DNA from: Candidatus Omnitrophota bacterium
GTDB taxonomy: Bacteria > Omnitrophota > Omnitrophia > Omnitrophales > Aquincolibacteriaceae
Length of the DNA: 64,000 nucleotides
Direction: 5' to 3'
NCBI GenBank assembly: GCA_035352955.1
Contig: DAOPYQ010000004.1
Coordinates: forward strand, 13,381 to 77,380
The first letter of the stretch is position 1, and each line of letters starts with the position of its first letter. Positions 14,101 through 19,567 of this stretch are shown piece by piece. The notes under the pieces were generated by a model. The model was given only the letters and a program-made list of their open reading frames with translations. It was not told where the DNA came from and searched no databases. The translations under genes and the position numbers were made by a program.

Positions 14101-15703
14101 ATGCCGGAGAAGTTTCGGGAACCGAATAATTCCCCCGGGCGGGATCAAGAAATTTCGGATCCTCAAGCCTGTTCCCGTTCGTCCAACCTTCCCCTGTCAC
14201 AGATCCGATCGCCGAGGGCAGCTGCAGGGCCGAACCATCGTCTTGGTCGCCGTTATGGAACAAGCTATTTTCTTCAACGCGAGTGGTCCCAGCCAGAGCT
14301 TCCAGGATGGGTTGCTCCGTCTGATGGGCGACAATATTGCTTTGAACCACAGAGATGCCTGTTCCCCCAAGGACGATTCCCTTCCGGCCTTGAAAGCTCT
14401 CTGCCAACACAACGCGGTAGGACCTTGAGGTCACGCTGAGGGGATGAGGGGCCGTCGTGGATCCGTCGTCCAGCCAGAAAGTATTCCCCGCCGGGTTGGC
14501 CGGAAAAAGTTGATCTTCAAAAACTCCGGGAGACACCTGAACACGCGACATCCTCCAATGCTCCCCATCGTCATCGGAATACTCAATATGGTAGGAGTAG
14601 GCCCCCTGCGGATCCTGAATCTCGATCTGGAACCCACGGTTGCGGACATAGCGGAATCCTTTGACCCGGAGATCTTCTTCGACCTCGTAACCGGTAATCG
14701 TGTTATAGCGGATCACCGTACGGCTGCCGGACGTTTCGATCGCAACATTGTTCCCGAAAAAGATATTCTGTTCGATCAGAATATCTTCCGCACTCGATGA
14801 GACTTGTACCCCGGCACCCAGGTTCATCTTGATCCGGCTATCACGTATTTTAACGCCGCTCCCCTCCACCCTTACGGCAGCGCTGATCTGATCCACCGCG
14901 TCTCTTCCTCCTGTCACGGTCAGGCCTTCAATGAGATTGCTCCCAAGGGCCCGAATCACAGGGCTGCCCTTCAGGTAATCACCATGGACAACCGTGCGTT
15001 CCGGATCTTCCCCCTTTAGAACGATACCCTGCCTCAGCGTCAAATGCTCGTGATAAACCCCTTCGTGCAGAACCACGGTATCTCCGGTTTGGGACTGATC
15101 GAGAGTGCTCTGCACGGAAGCTCCGGCATAGACGTGACGGATCGCTTTTCCGTCGGCTTGAAGTTCTTTGATAAGCCGACCGTCGCCATCATAGATTTTG
15201 TCCGGATCGGCTGACGCCATTACACTCGCCGGAGAAAGCGGAGAATTGGAGGCAAGAAAATCAGTGGCGGTTAATGCGGAGGGCGTTTCCCCCGATTCCT
15301 TTGTCACGACCGGACAGTCAGTGACGGGAAGTGCCGGCTGCCCCGAAGCGGCGATGGGATCCTTCACCACTGTCCCCTCAGCAACCGCCATCTGGGATGT
15401 AACAAATGTCAAAAGTGTAATGGCCGCGACAACGCGCAAAACTGTTTTTCGGAATCCATGGTAAGGACAGGGTATTTTTTCTTTAACGGAGAGTTTTTCA
15501 TTCTCGGAAGCGGCGCTAAACCATTTAAAATGATCGCTTATCTCAAGGCGTCTTGTGATCTCATCCCTCGGAAGGTTGAGAACCCGCGCGATCGTGAAGA
15601 TCGCGTCCCGCTTCAGCCCTTGTTTTTTGTTCTCCGCCGCGCTGCCCTTCATGCGAGGGGTCCCGTTTTTCCAATGAGCCGTGTCATGCGTCCTCCATGT
15701 CAA
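2123..15703 (-). CDS. giant (4526 aa) membrane-anchored surface protein with beta-helix, YD/Rhs-type repeats, glycoside-hydrolase-like helical domain, C-proximal TM cluster and 880-aa Gly/Leu-rich tail
   Basis: A 13.6 kb uninterrupted ORF cannot arise by chance. The track start is a TTG at 15703. The next in-frame ATG is at about 15652 (MKGSAAENKK). A hydrophobic anchor VLRVVAAITLLTFVTSQMAVA lies about 90 aa in. The product call is based on motif families only. Confidence 0.85.
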   Translation of the reverse strand: MTWRTHDTAHWKNGTPRMKGSAAENKKQGLKRDAIFTIARVLNLPRDEITRRLEISDHFKWFSAASENEKLSVKEKIPCPYHGFRKTVLRVVAAITLLTFVTSQMAVAEGTVVKDPIAASGQPALPVTDCPVVTKESGETPSALTATDFLASNSPLSPASVMASADPDKIYDGDGRLIKELQADGKAIRHVYAGASVQSTLDQSQTGDTVVLHEGVYHEHLTLRQGIVLKGEDPERTVVHGDYLKGSPVIRALGSNLIEGLTVTGGRDAVDQISAAVRVEGSGVKIRDSRIKMNLGAGVQVSSSAEDILIEQNIFFGNNVAIETSGSRTVIRYNTITGYEVEEDLRVKGFRYVRNRGFQIEIQDPQGAYSYHIEYSDDDGEHWRMSRVQVSPGVFEDQLFPANPAGNTFWLDDGSTTAPHPLSVTSRSYRVVLAESFQGRKGIVLGGTGISVVQSNIVAHQTEQPILEALAGTTRVEENSLFHNGDQDDGSALQLPSAIGSVTGEGWTNGNRLEDPKFLDPARGNYSVPETSPAFARGFYISKTLDVALARADSVGVANFVKPIMGDATLDGFRIFYEEGSTEEFYNDGRAVLDTTPPGIEVLSGPLFVNRPDFELVYSVEGIEKKESRQLTEGRNVFTLEAADIFGNTAVKNVTVTLDQTPPAGLLRINDGDEETGSRAVVLDVAVADAVPLKDLRFSLDGGEHWTDWETYNAMKVVLLPEGEGSKEVLCQVRDEAGNISGFSDVIRFVTAPIRPTVQFLSDGSTADPYYLFRYSVEGVEHQEFWRLQPGENRLMVCATAGTLQTFSEYSVMLNQSEAPLPAMPSVSGLPQNLVSLTAANGLVLKYQGSTLFAIEKKDEFTLFSPLFDEEQNLLGGVLLFANGDRLLYQNGKAVYRLSQAGEKTVYNGDGTAAYVLTADGKKIRFAYQLDDAGEVLSMLSFEEGVTSLYDEKGRPVWIRKTDGPAIFYQDGFLETYTDTAGNVFHYEVSILNQGSTLQGYRSELVSVECAGISAAVPLETVLADLANYPSVQKTLEQELSRTIEYGPAGDMKKVISIRGEILALENGSLVSFLNQAGDFLNIQSQIPGGQDLFSFASEAADFEQVYDAAGQLSGIRMSDGTFFRVSDSTLQQVRLNDGSVLEDLYWYGSTLMNFTRTYADGSKEICETRKIVRREDAEGNVTVYPGNNESLTSMEDGRTYYVSEGKNEQGVTERTTALVSVEIPGGGRVDFEYGKPVRYTQNKGVPADFVETPELLEGRFFVPLIQLTGAQLRSLTVDANGSIFSGELFFDDGTQYLIENDKIVKQVTASGQILEFSGETLTVPPPEPAVPAEPLTAAEASYRNELVEFQLDYFMNGKGIHEGTGLPLDNFIGSVSQQSDYSQATLIGFWAEILAAIAAGDYTTSKMSRSDAFAKLQELLETYQKVQQQAGWNGMVAFFKIIPYEENILDAYGKPTGQKRIAFRYESFSNQVGFGDTLNLSVSLASVIGALEDVPVAPEFSASRSQILASANAILAVQEAGYARFYDPVQKRFRGAYARDPQTGVWQPVGDYYIDRVFNEFRTGMVWLVTKYPQYAEALQNLDLAIRPFETSRGDAVDLAVPYDGGAFQMFWPLIHVDETQYPEFNAALRNFLYAQAEFAAAHGTPGLLSAGDVPGEGYDGKIGLPAGAETDDVLKTDIGSIYGTAAAFPLAPHYSLQFLKNLEAAFPGMRTSAGFVDAIQSGDGIAPVYSDQYYGVDQAAFILSLLRTSQDYFDRYLRITDAHQSFDSLYGGMSFKLNPLIAANPEPPDFGGSAARLYNGASASPDGLAAGLVKQPAFVPVLSDPEFGEGHIYNYLTVGGEFHHIEIEFGEGENLRRMNLQEYFLSPKHAGTATALLAGMEADVLDGADSQGVFYTPGKGFSRSMSTMDPLAGEVRRLSFNFISSEWPVGVWANYSGKDFSEYDFLSVPVKLGFETPEKVRLKFEFKGLGQIFVTEPLTHEWQYVSIPVPKSGDTLSQLAISMQPEDGQPVAGDVFLGPLSALKVRRSNTIDWELLLGKTGSDMQALIRGMISNQVAGGQGGTREEVLENFTIDASGKLINGVLKLADGGIQYFLNGQLVKWVFKNGRTVLFEDGLATFVIELARGKLEVGRFYYDKTLRGQIRSFVVQENDSKKVFGADGKLQTMVEEGAIVHFANGGISSIQTDGGTLLAPQFADDGTLLRADAVLDDGTSFRIDQSAAQGIDVGDGVKVFYENSRITAIEVPGNSKAYLMYQLSWDETDLLAVKVYFDEIVVDPVTGQSQTLFRSMSLSEFLLRPERSLEKKYLLKEPPLSAVPVADTVSGFSVGDLADGEVTQGEKGDFGVQALARYQFCYKSEYGAELGLSVKNGNVPADLSRYDFLGVTLKQDPSMDWNQQFLVMIKNGSGNPVASFSAGPLTRDYQTFVFPLQDISGFETEITLEAIRQGDGIGKTGAVYLKDLSFMAINKIVRPLWEDRLGITSGELQNLKIEADQLASVGAEVASADPIVYEQLVAWLDTPSLLHYSGASRDSLQLTDFTRFDGSQIQLMGQTVRRVILPDGTVNEYSAEQNTAQGTILGPGEASGGGTMNYTYGALRRITQADGRQYDLSFEFDPDGKEITVFKDARSGEERRFKDGKLLTAVNPDRIETRYSYQDGELLGAELTYNNRVLNSTQYLFRGKETQVTDERGTTWFYDANGNLIRHMTRDGFLYEYSDYVQEFSPGSTLPPEDYKNALFAGEGLRAVSLKGYESTDGSWILWDGAGKSEIHLASGTQGVNLTFDEEQRVRSGQIQFPDGLILEIENYVPVRGRLSNGEVFESLLPETAGGDLLQGQDGTWLGFSLKSGETTFTYNPAGELVKTEAANGVTHLFTYARDSQDEVTGYTDLERRQVSFNGVPFPKEVGLTAGADQKLMDSGVETAVHSGDGFLVGVYEEATNQWDVYSGSFSSEGGKLGLKHFLAGIKAGDSVAAVVSDPAFANAGNEILTFFEGLGAGGIREAAAHNSKWSFFGNESLETGQGAERTGADAFSTVTESTVTRSLVPGQEPLFGGMGMLLKIAHDIGQPYSEFLKAYAPLKAARDMQSVTVYDAQDRIVFSRRLDGISSYYEFGKVRETFGESGELLSVHEYACPAAGCRNEEDMTLSRITLVRSRQDFESEAQRLAEQIEQAKFDALYRLAWQDEVARAQVAENVDAGVAGINSQISSLESQRFQTVKHCRRILFWKSCEERTYEVPGVQDAINRLAGQRADLIHTGQDQLALIPGAMLAKQLEIEQATAGKMLELLEQKESFLLEILHQEMEPVLTDFYRRILGRDASTQERGAWVERSKVAGRLDIAELENELQSSPERTARENQKAVIVQGVREFLESYLAAAPEIKTEMLGTLHLGDSEAVALDAEEVAGILAWLESRDLHFGQSAFLSLKELLASQGSEVPMETLGRETILIDILTGTIHKFSEGDLVISMFALDRAAAIHARDVASVKYSYQDLLGLYRSACPDPQAACSLRAIAHVGEDHFVVVKRVTETEITYEETGKGANGEDVTSSRENFLKIWLVKENSGYLMVSEDRALAERKLSDQEAMRVRGSFFIIDDIIFWAFVASLVLTAASVVASFFSPTFGKILGYAAMVAGIIGIVASLGQFVVQGLKMVFSSISQNGIFGAVKQGIAYVGKALWTSVKSVGRFIMDGFEFLKGGFAGGFGSLGAGISKMKIFLLDPAQEIVKNGVVVGHKFTFAQNAARQLISAGLNFGIAKGLEGFGLDPVLCQLAGAFVGGGFLGIGQTGTGFIRTGLEKLAVQGVSELAAHLGLAPPVAGTLSLVAMTGLRSFFDNYTLDLKAFTGILPQVASQLTLGGLELIGRSMGMSSVLTKLLGLQISAVVGNVTARFSGTVSGYRDDGTPIYVTNPFDTGSLWDSIKNSLVNGIQQVGFCFDGATSDPLFGSLLSGNILGSIGGVLDADDLFGGILDILKNAILAPFNFVKSTVQMALQGLRDFRDLILEKGLIGAVESLASAIFSRSTLEKLLSLGGISHLLCDTSRHLTTLPDGQRGFEQQLDGSTSIFFDLLGNFIGKKENGVTQLGTFGVNSAGKWALLAGKVIAEFAQGLIFSGEIVNGQLQYMTVSKSGVMILEGGSEQSGGPIVIQGPGSDPHDPSGVSFWSGLFNFVALGFQFLFQSGILQKVDVQIQTGNVGTSSEGRARPLFVLTNGINNPQTSVGVLPDYIQNLSVDLVNKNNSTILPSDILTTPVYLKQYDGSIVDVTKDAVSWALESQIPANRLFLVSQIKAMLTASFQMRPADATRAIVGMGFSGGFLPLLETASQTNYAFKSLVGIGAATLSLAKDTVDMILKSAELVLAKTVDGLGDLLRLLGIGYVLDPILQALDHGLVDPAMDLLIEAVSTITQNIPSTVQLPSLLSTGVGMLVNVYGSNDILVRTGIGGYRSELAGFTVEGQRDANGQPIKQLFNIEIKGCGHSNYFTRDNTTLNMPAVNEFVTQLIIHSTSSTELYAFLRNSNKASYDAVRKVWVIDP
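4780..4960 (-). other. cluster of 2-3 transmembrane helices about 3585 aa into giant 1
   Basis: FFIIDDIIFWAFVASLVLTAASVVASFFSPTFGKILGYAAMVAGIIGIVASLGQFVVQGL. Confidence 0.55.
7450..7950 (-). other. Rhs/YD-repeat block inside giant 1
   Basis: YDLSFEFDPDGKEITVFKDARSGEERRFKDGKLLTAVNPDRIETRYSYQDGELLGAELTYNNRVLNSTQYLFRGKETQVTDERGTTWFYDANGNLIRHMTRDGFLYEYS. These are classic YD-repeat strings (YDANGNL, TRDG..YEY). Further YD-like blocks lie at about 12700-13100 and 8850-9010. Confidence 0.55.
10500..11600 (-). other. alpha-helical (alpha/alpha)6-barrel glycoside-hydrolase-like domain inside giant 1 (tentative)
   Basis: GWNGMVAFFKIIPYEEN...DYYIDRVFNEFRTGMVWLVTKYPQYAEALQNLDLAIRPFE...DGGAFQMFWPLIHVDETQYPEFNAALRNFLYAQAEFAAAHG. 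This resembles glucoamylase-like or DUF3131-like glycoside-hydrolase folds. The family is not secure. Confidence 0.3.
14650..15100 (-). other. right-handed parallel beta-helix (pectate-lyase-like) repeats inside giant 1
   Basis: DTVVLHEGVYHEHLTLRQGIVLKGEDPERTVVHGDYLKGSPVIRALGSNLIEGLTVTGGRDAVDQISAAVRVEGSGVKIRDSRIKMNLGAGVQVSSSAEDILIEQNIFFGNNVAIETSGSRTVIRYNTITG. This shows the periodic hydrophobic/Gly/Asn pattern of PbH1 repeats. Confidence 0.5.
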
Positions 15704-15895
15704 ACCGTCCGGACTTTTTTCTAAAATGTATCCGTCAGAAACATAATGCGCGGGCGGAAAAAAGAAAACGGGAAACCGCCGGATTTTTTCATGGAGGAGT
15801 TTTATATGAGATTAAAATCTACCAATGGTAGGATTTCGGACGATCCAGGCAGAAGCCGGGTCATGAAACGCGAGGCGAAGCGAAATCAGAGGACG

Positions 15896-16090
15896 CTAGA
15901 AAGGAAGCCGAAAAACGGGAACCTTCTTTTCTTCAAGGAGATCGAGGATTTCGTTGATGTAGGTCTGGATGTGTGGCGGAGGCGTGTCGTCAAAAAGAAG
16001 GAAGAGGTTCAAAAGGAACCTGCGGACCTCGGTAGCAAGCTTCTTGTCCTTGATCCGCGATAGCCGGACTTCCAGTTCATCCGCTGACAT
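15896..16090 (-). CDS. small hypothetical protein (64 aa) immediately upstream of giant gene 1
   Basis: MSADELEVRLSRIKDKKLATEVRRFLLNLFLLFDDTPPPHIQTYINEILDLLEEKKVPVFRLPF. The composition is more protein-like than the overlapping Lys/Arg-rich + ORF 15746..16063. There is no homology signal. Confidence 0.2.
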   Translation of the reverse strand: MSADELEVRLSRIKDKKLATEVRRFLLNLFLLFDDTPPPHIQTYINEILDLLEEKKVPVFRLPF

Positions 16091-16324
16091 TCGTCGCCAC
16101 TCCTGATGTTTGATTGAATCCTTGCCTACACAGCGAATATTACATTAAATATTTAATAATTTCAAGATACTTTTAATACTTTTTTATCTAATATATATTT
16201 TATTTATAGCATATTATAGCGATAAATAGCAAAAAGATTTCTAAATTACGCACTAAACGGCTAGAAACTTGATTTTAAGGTGAAGAAATGCGCGTATTGG
16301 TTCGATAATTCCTAGGAAGCGCTT

Positions 16325-16347
16325 AACATGTCTTTCTGAAACATGTT
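16325..16347 (+). promoter_or_regulatory. perfect 7-9-7 palindrome AACATGT-N9-ACATGTT, candidate repressor operator for the fadL-family gene
   Basis: Read directly as aacatgtctttctgaaacatgtt. It lies 38-60 nt upstream of the ATG at 16385. A good -10-like GATAAT at 16304-16309 sits just upstream, so the dyad would overlap the +1 region. The surrounding 16100-16320 stretch is strongly AT-rich. Confidence 0.35.
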
Positions 16348-16384
16348 GCGGCAATCCGCAACTCAACCCGGGAGCAGATTGACC

Positions 16385-17779
16385 ATGAGCAAAAAACTCA
16401 TCAGCCTTGTGACGGCCCTCGCCGTCATTTTCATGACCCCTGCCACAGCCTTTGCGGTCGGAGGCGGTAGTCTTGAGAACGCCTCGTTTAGCGGCGAACA
16501 GCTTGGTTTAAGCGGAGCCGTTACAGCCACTGCTGATGAGCCTGCCGCGATATCTTACAATCCGGCCGGGATCGTCAATCTTCCGGGGATCCAGGTCCAG
16601 GGAGATGCAAATTTTCTTAGCTCGTTTACCTTTAAAACAAGCGATACCACCGGTTCGACACGCAGCACCGGCACGCTCCATTTCGTTCCGACCGGCTACC
16701 TTACGATCAACCCCGGAGAGATCTTTTGCGATCGCGTAGCCTTCGGCATCGGCACGGATTCTCCGTTCGGCCTGGCCAACCAATACGATTCCATGAATCC
16801 CGCCGTCCATTACACTGGTTGGGCGAATTATCTCAAAATGTATACGATCAAGCCGGTCATGGCGGTCAAAGTCACGGACTGGCTTGATATCGGCGGCGGC
16901 CCGATGTGGTACCGCATCTACGATTTCGGAGCTGTTCAGGCTTATCCGAACAACCTAATATTCCCTTACACCTGGCCGGACGGCCAAGTCCGCATCAATC
17001 TGTCTGGGCAACACTGGGGCTGGCAGATGGGTGCTCTTGTCAAGCCAACAAAGAAACATCGCTTCGGTTTTTACTTCCGCAGCCCGGTCGTCGTCAACGT
17101 CAGCGGCCTCGGAAAGGTCGAGAACTCCTCATTCTACCCCGGCGGCAGCTATGAGACAGGCGTGCACAGCAAAGTGCCTCTCCCGATGAACCTGACCTGG
17201 GCTTATGCGTATCAGCCCACGGACAAAACCCATTATGAGGTCGACTTCACTTACAATCACTGGTCCACGACAAAGCGGCTCTGCTTTCCGGCCGATCCCA
17301 CCCCTAGCGCTGCAGACAACGGGATCATGTCAGCGATCGGCACCGCGGACAAGGACTGGGGCAATTCCTATGGCATCCAGATCGGCGCAAGCCATAAATT
17401 CACGAAAAAACTTACCGGCCGTTGCGGCAGTTTCTTCTACTGGACCCCGATCCCGAAGACCTCCTTTAGCCCGGCCGTGCCGGACGCAAACAGGCTGTCT
17501 CTCTCGCTAGGCGCCGGTTACGCGATCTCAAAATACCTTACGGCAGATATCGCGTATTACAATTCGTTCTACTTCCGAAGGCGGATCAACAACTCTTATC
17601 CCGAAAATGCCGTTTGGGGTTCCAGTTCTTCCGTGGATGGGACCTATTTTTCTTATTTGCAAGCTTTTACGGTAAGCCTTACAGCGCACTGGGATGATAT
17701 TTTCCCGAGAGCAGACAAGGACAAGGGGACCCAAAAGGATGTCCCGGCTCCGTCGATCGAGATGACCCCGATCAAATAG
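16385..17779 (+). CDS. fadL: outer-membrane long-chain fatty acid / hydrophobic compound transporter, FadL/TodX (OMPP1) family
   Basis: Signal peptide MSKKLISLVTALAVIFMTPATAFA with a GGGAG ribosome-binding site 10 nt upstream. The conserved N-terminal hatch motif ISYNPAG is present. The composition is a Gly/Tyr/Thr-rich beta-barrel ending in an aromatic-rich C-terminus. The track start at 16343 lies inside the operator palindrome and is probably not used. Confidence 0.85.
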   Translation: MSKKLISLVTALAVIFMTPATAFAVGGGSLENASFSGEQLGLSGAVTATADEPAAISYNPAGIVNLPGIQVQGDANFLSSFTFKTSDTTGSTRSTGTLHFVPTGYLTINPGEIFCDRVAFGIGTDSPFGLANQYDSMNPAVHYTGWANYLKMYTIKPVMAVKVTDWLDIGGGPMWYRIYDFGAVQAYPNNLIFPYTWPDGQVRINLSGQHWGWQMGALVKPTKKHRFGFYFRSPVVVNVSGLGKVENSSFYPGGSYETGVHSKVPLPMNLTWAYAYQPTDKTHYEVDFTYNHWSTTKRLCFPADPTPSAADNGIMSAIGTADKDWGNSYGIQIGASHKFTKKLTGRCGSFFYWTPIPKTSFSPAVPDANRLSLSLGAGYAISKYLTADIAYYNSFYFRRRINNSYPENAVWGSSSSVDGTYFSYLQAFTVSLTAHWDDIFPRADKDKGTQKDVPAPSIEMTPIK

Positions 17780-17802
17780 AAAAAGACTTATAAAATAAAA
17801 AA

Positions 17803-17838
17803 ACGGTGATGGGTTTTCCCCATCACCGTTTTTTTATT
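17803..17838. terminator. bidirectional Rho-independent terminator between convergent fadL and gpsA
   Basis: An 11-bp perfect stem acggtgatggg / cccatcaccgt with a 5-nt loop. It is followed by tttttttatt on the + strand and preceded by aaaataaaaaaa, which gives a T-run on the other strand. Confidence 0.65.
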
Positions 17839-17871
17839 CCCCCGGCCCACCTTCGGCGGATCCGGAAATTT

Positions 17872-18924
17872 TTATTTCTTACGATCGGGCTTATCCGCAA
17901 AATCAGTAAAATCAAAAGCCTTCCATTCCTCATACGGCGGACGCGACAGAAGCGTTGAAACCACTTCGGAAGGAGCCTTATCCTCAAAAAGCATCTTGTA
18001 AACCTCGGTCATGATCGGGAGCTGAAGCGCTTCTCGCGAGCAAAGCTGATGAACACTTAACGCCGTGTCCACGCCTTCCGCAACCATCGCCATCCCGCCC
18101 AGGATCTCCTTGATCGTCCGGCCCTTCCCAAGCTCCCGGCCGACGAAAAGGTTGCGGCCGTGCTTGGAAAAACAGGTCGTGATCAGGTCCCCGATCCCGG
18201 AAAGCCCGAAAAAGGTGTTAGGATTCGCGCCGTACTTAACGCCGAGCCGCACGATCTCATAAAGTCCGCGCGTGATCAGCCCGGACTTGGTATTGTCCCC
18301 AAAATTAAGGCCGTCGCACACGCCCGCCGCGATCGCGATCACGTTCTTGAGGGCTCCGCCGAATTCCACGCCAATAATGTCTTTTTGCACATAGATCCGG
18401 AACTGCGGGTCACGGAAATGCTCCTGAACATACTTCGCGGACGCCGGGTCTTCCGACGCCGCCACCACAAGAGTCGGGATTTTCCGGGCCACTTCCTCGG
18501 CATGAGACGGCCCCGAGAGTACCACGATCGGATGATCCTTGCCGAAGACGGCGCGAATGATCTCCGACGGCCGGAGACAGGTCTTCTTCTCGATCCCTTT
18601 GGCGGTACTGATAAGGATCTTGTTCTTATGCGGAAGTTCTTTGAGTTTGAAAAGGATGTTCCGGAGATACTGGGCCGGGATCGAGAGCACGATCACATCG
18701 CCGAACTCAACGGCCTCTCTCAAGTCCGACGTGATCCTCAAGACATCCGGCAACTTCACGCCCGGAAGAAATTTAACGTTCTCCCGCTCCGTTTCAAGAA
18801 CCCGAACGTAATCCGGAAAATTGGACCACATCATGACGTCGTTACCGCGACGAACGTTCACGAGAGCAAGTGCCGTTCCCCAACCGCCGTCCCCCAGCAC
18901 TGTTACTTTGATGTTTTTCGACAT
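17872..18924 (-). CDS. gpsA: NAD(P)H-dependent glycerol-3-phosphate dehydrogenase
   Basis: N-terminal Rossmann motif KVTVLGDGGWGTALA. GpsA-typical blocks GVEFGGALKNVIAIAAGVCDGL and GLSGIGDLITTCFS. Length 350 aa. Confidence 0.95.
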   Translation of the reverse strand: MSKNIKVTVLGDGGWGTALALVNVRRGNDVMMWSNFPDYVRVLETERENVKFLPGVKLPDVLRITSDLREAVEFGDVIVLSIPAQYLRNILFKLKELPHKNKILISTAKGIEKKTCLRPSEIIRAVFGKDHPIVVLSGPSHAEEVARKIPTLVVAASEDPASAKYVQEHFRDPQFRIYVQKDIIGVEFGGALKNVIAIAAGVCDGLNFGDNTKSGLITRGLYEIVRLGVKYGANPNTFFGLSGIGDLITTCFSKHGRNLFVGRELGKGRTIKEILGGMAMVAEGVDTALSVHQLCSREALQLPIMTEVYKMLFEDKAPSEVVSTLLSRPPYEEWKAFDFTDFADKPDRKK

Positions 18925-18991
18925 GGACCCCTCAATTTAGGCGTTACTTTATCATTCCCAGACACCGTGCGCAAAGCCCAATGGATTCGCT

Positions 18992-19471
18992 TTAAGATTT
19001 AACGTTGCGCGTTAAGCGCTGGGCGTTGAGCGTGCATACTGTCACCGTTTCCCGGATTTCCTGCGGCACCCGGCACGGCTTCATGGTTTTATTGACGAAT
19101 ACATGGACCGTGTGTCCGGTCACGAGAAGCTTCGATGTTTTCGCGTTCGTCACTTGATACTCGAACCGGAGCGTGCTGTTCCCGATCTTCGAAACACTTG
19201 TCCGGACCACGACATCGTCATCATAAGTGGAAGGCGCCTTGTAATCAGCGTGGGCCTCGGCAACCGGCAGGTAGATCCCTTTTTTCTCGCATTCCGTATA
19301 CGGGAACCCGAGCGCACGAAAATATTCGGTCCGCGCGGCCTCGAACCAGCGGAAATAATTCGCGTAGTACGTGATCCCCATCTGGTCGGTATCGGCGTAC
19401 AGCACGCGATACCGGTAGTCGTAGTAATTCACCGTTTCTCTCCCACGATCGTGCATGAAATCAAAATTCAA
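18992..19471 (-). CDS. ybgC: acyl-CoA thioesterase, YbgC/4HBT hotdog-fold family
   Basis: YRVLYADTDQMGITYYANYFRWFEAARTEYFRALG matches the YbgC/4HBT signature, with the catalytic Asp in YADTD. The last 20 aa or so overlap a GCGCGTTRAGCG-type repeat, so the C-terminus may be extended. Confidence 0.8.
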   Translation of the reverse strand: MNFDFMHDRGRETVNYYDYRYRVLYADTDQMGITYYANYFRWFEAARTEYFRALGFPYTECEKKGIYLPVAEAHADYKAPSTYDDDVVVRTSVSKIGNSTLRFEYQVTNAKTSKLLVTGHTVHVFVNKTMKPCRVPQEIRETVTVCTLNAQRLTRNVKS

Positions 19472-19565
19472 AAGTTGAATCTCAAAGCCTCAATTCAAAG
19501 TTCAAAACGTTTTGGATTTTAAATTGTGGTTTTGTTCTTTACGTTTTGATATTTACGCTAAATAG
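19470..19565. repeat. hairpin-rich intergenic repeat element, copy 1 (3' of dnaJ)
   Basis: It shares the cores aattcaaaagt and aattgtggYtttgYtcttt with the element at 57925-58022. It contains the dyad aaaacgtttt and a tcaaag-rich stretch. Confidence 0.4.
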
Positions 19566-19567
19566 TT

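Noticed and set aside
15746-16063. + ORF 15746..16063 (105 aa) versus minus ORF 15896..16090
   Set aside because: The + ORF is Lys/Arg-rich low complexity. The minus ORF is kept only at very low confidence. Possibly neither is real, and the region may be purely regulatory.
16343-16384. Upstream ATG (16343) given by the track as the fadL start
   Set aside because: It lies inside the palindromic operator and adds 14 residues before a canonical signal peptide. The ATG at 16385 has a GGGAG RBS and starts directly with MSKKLISLVTALAVIFMTPATAFA.
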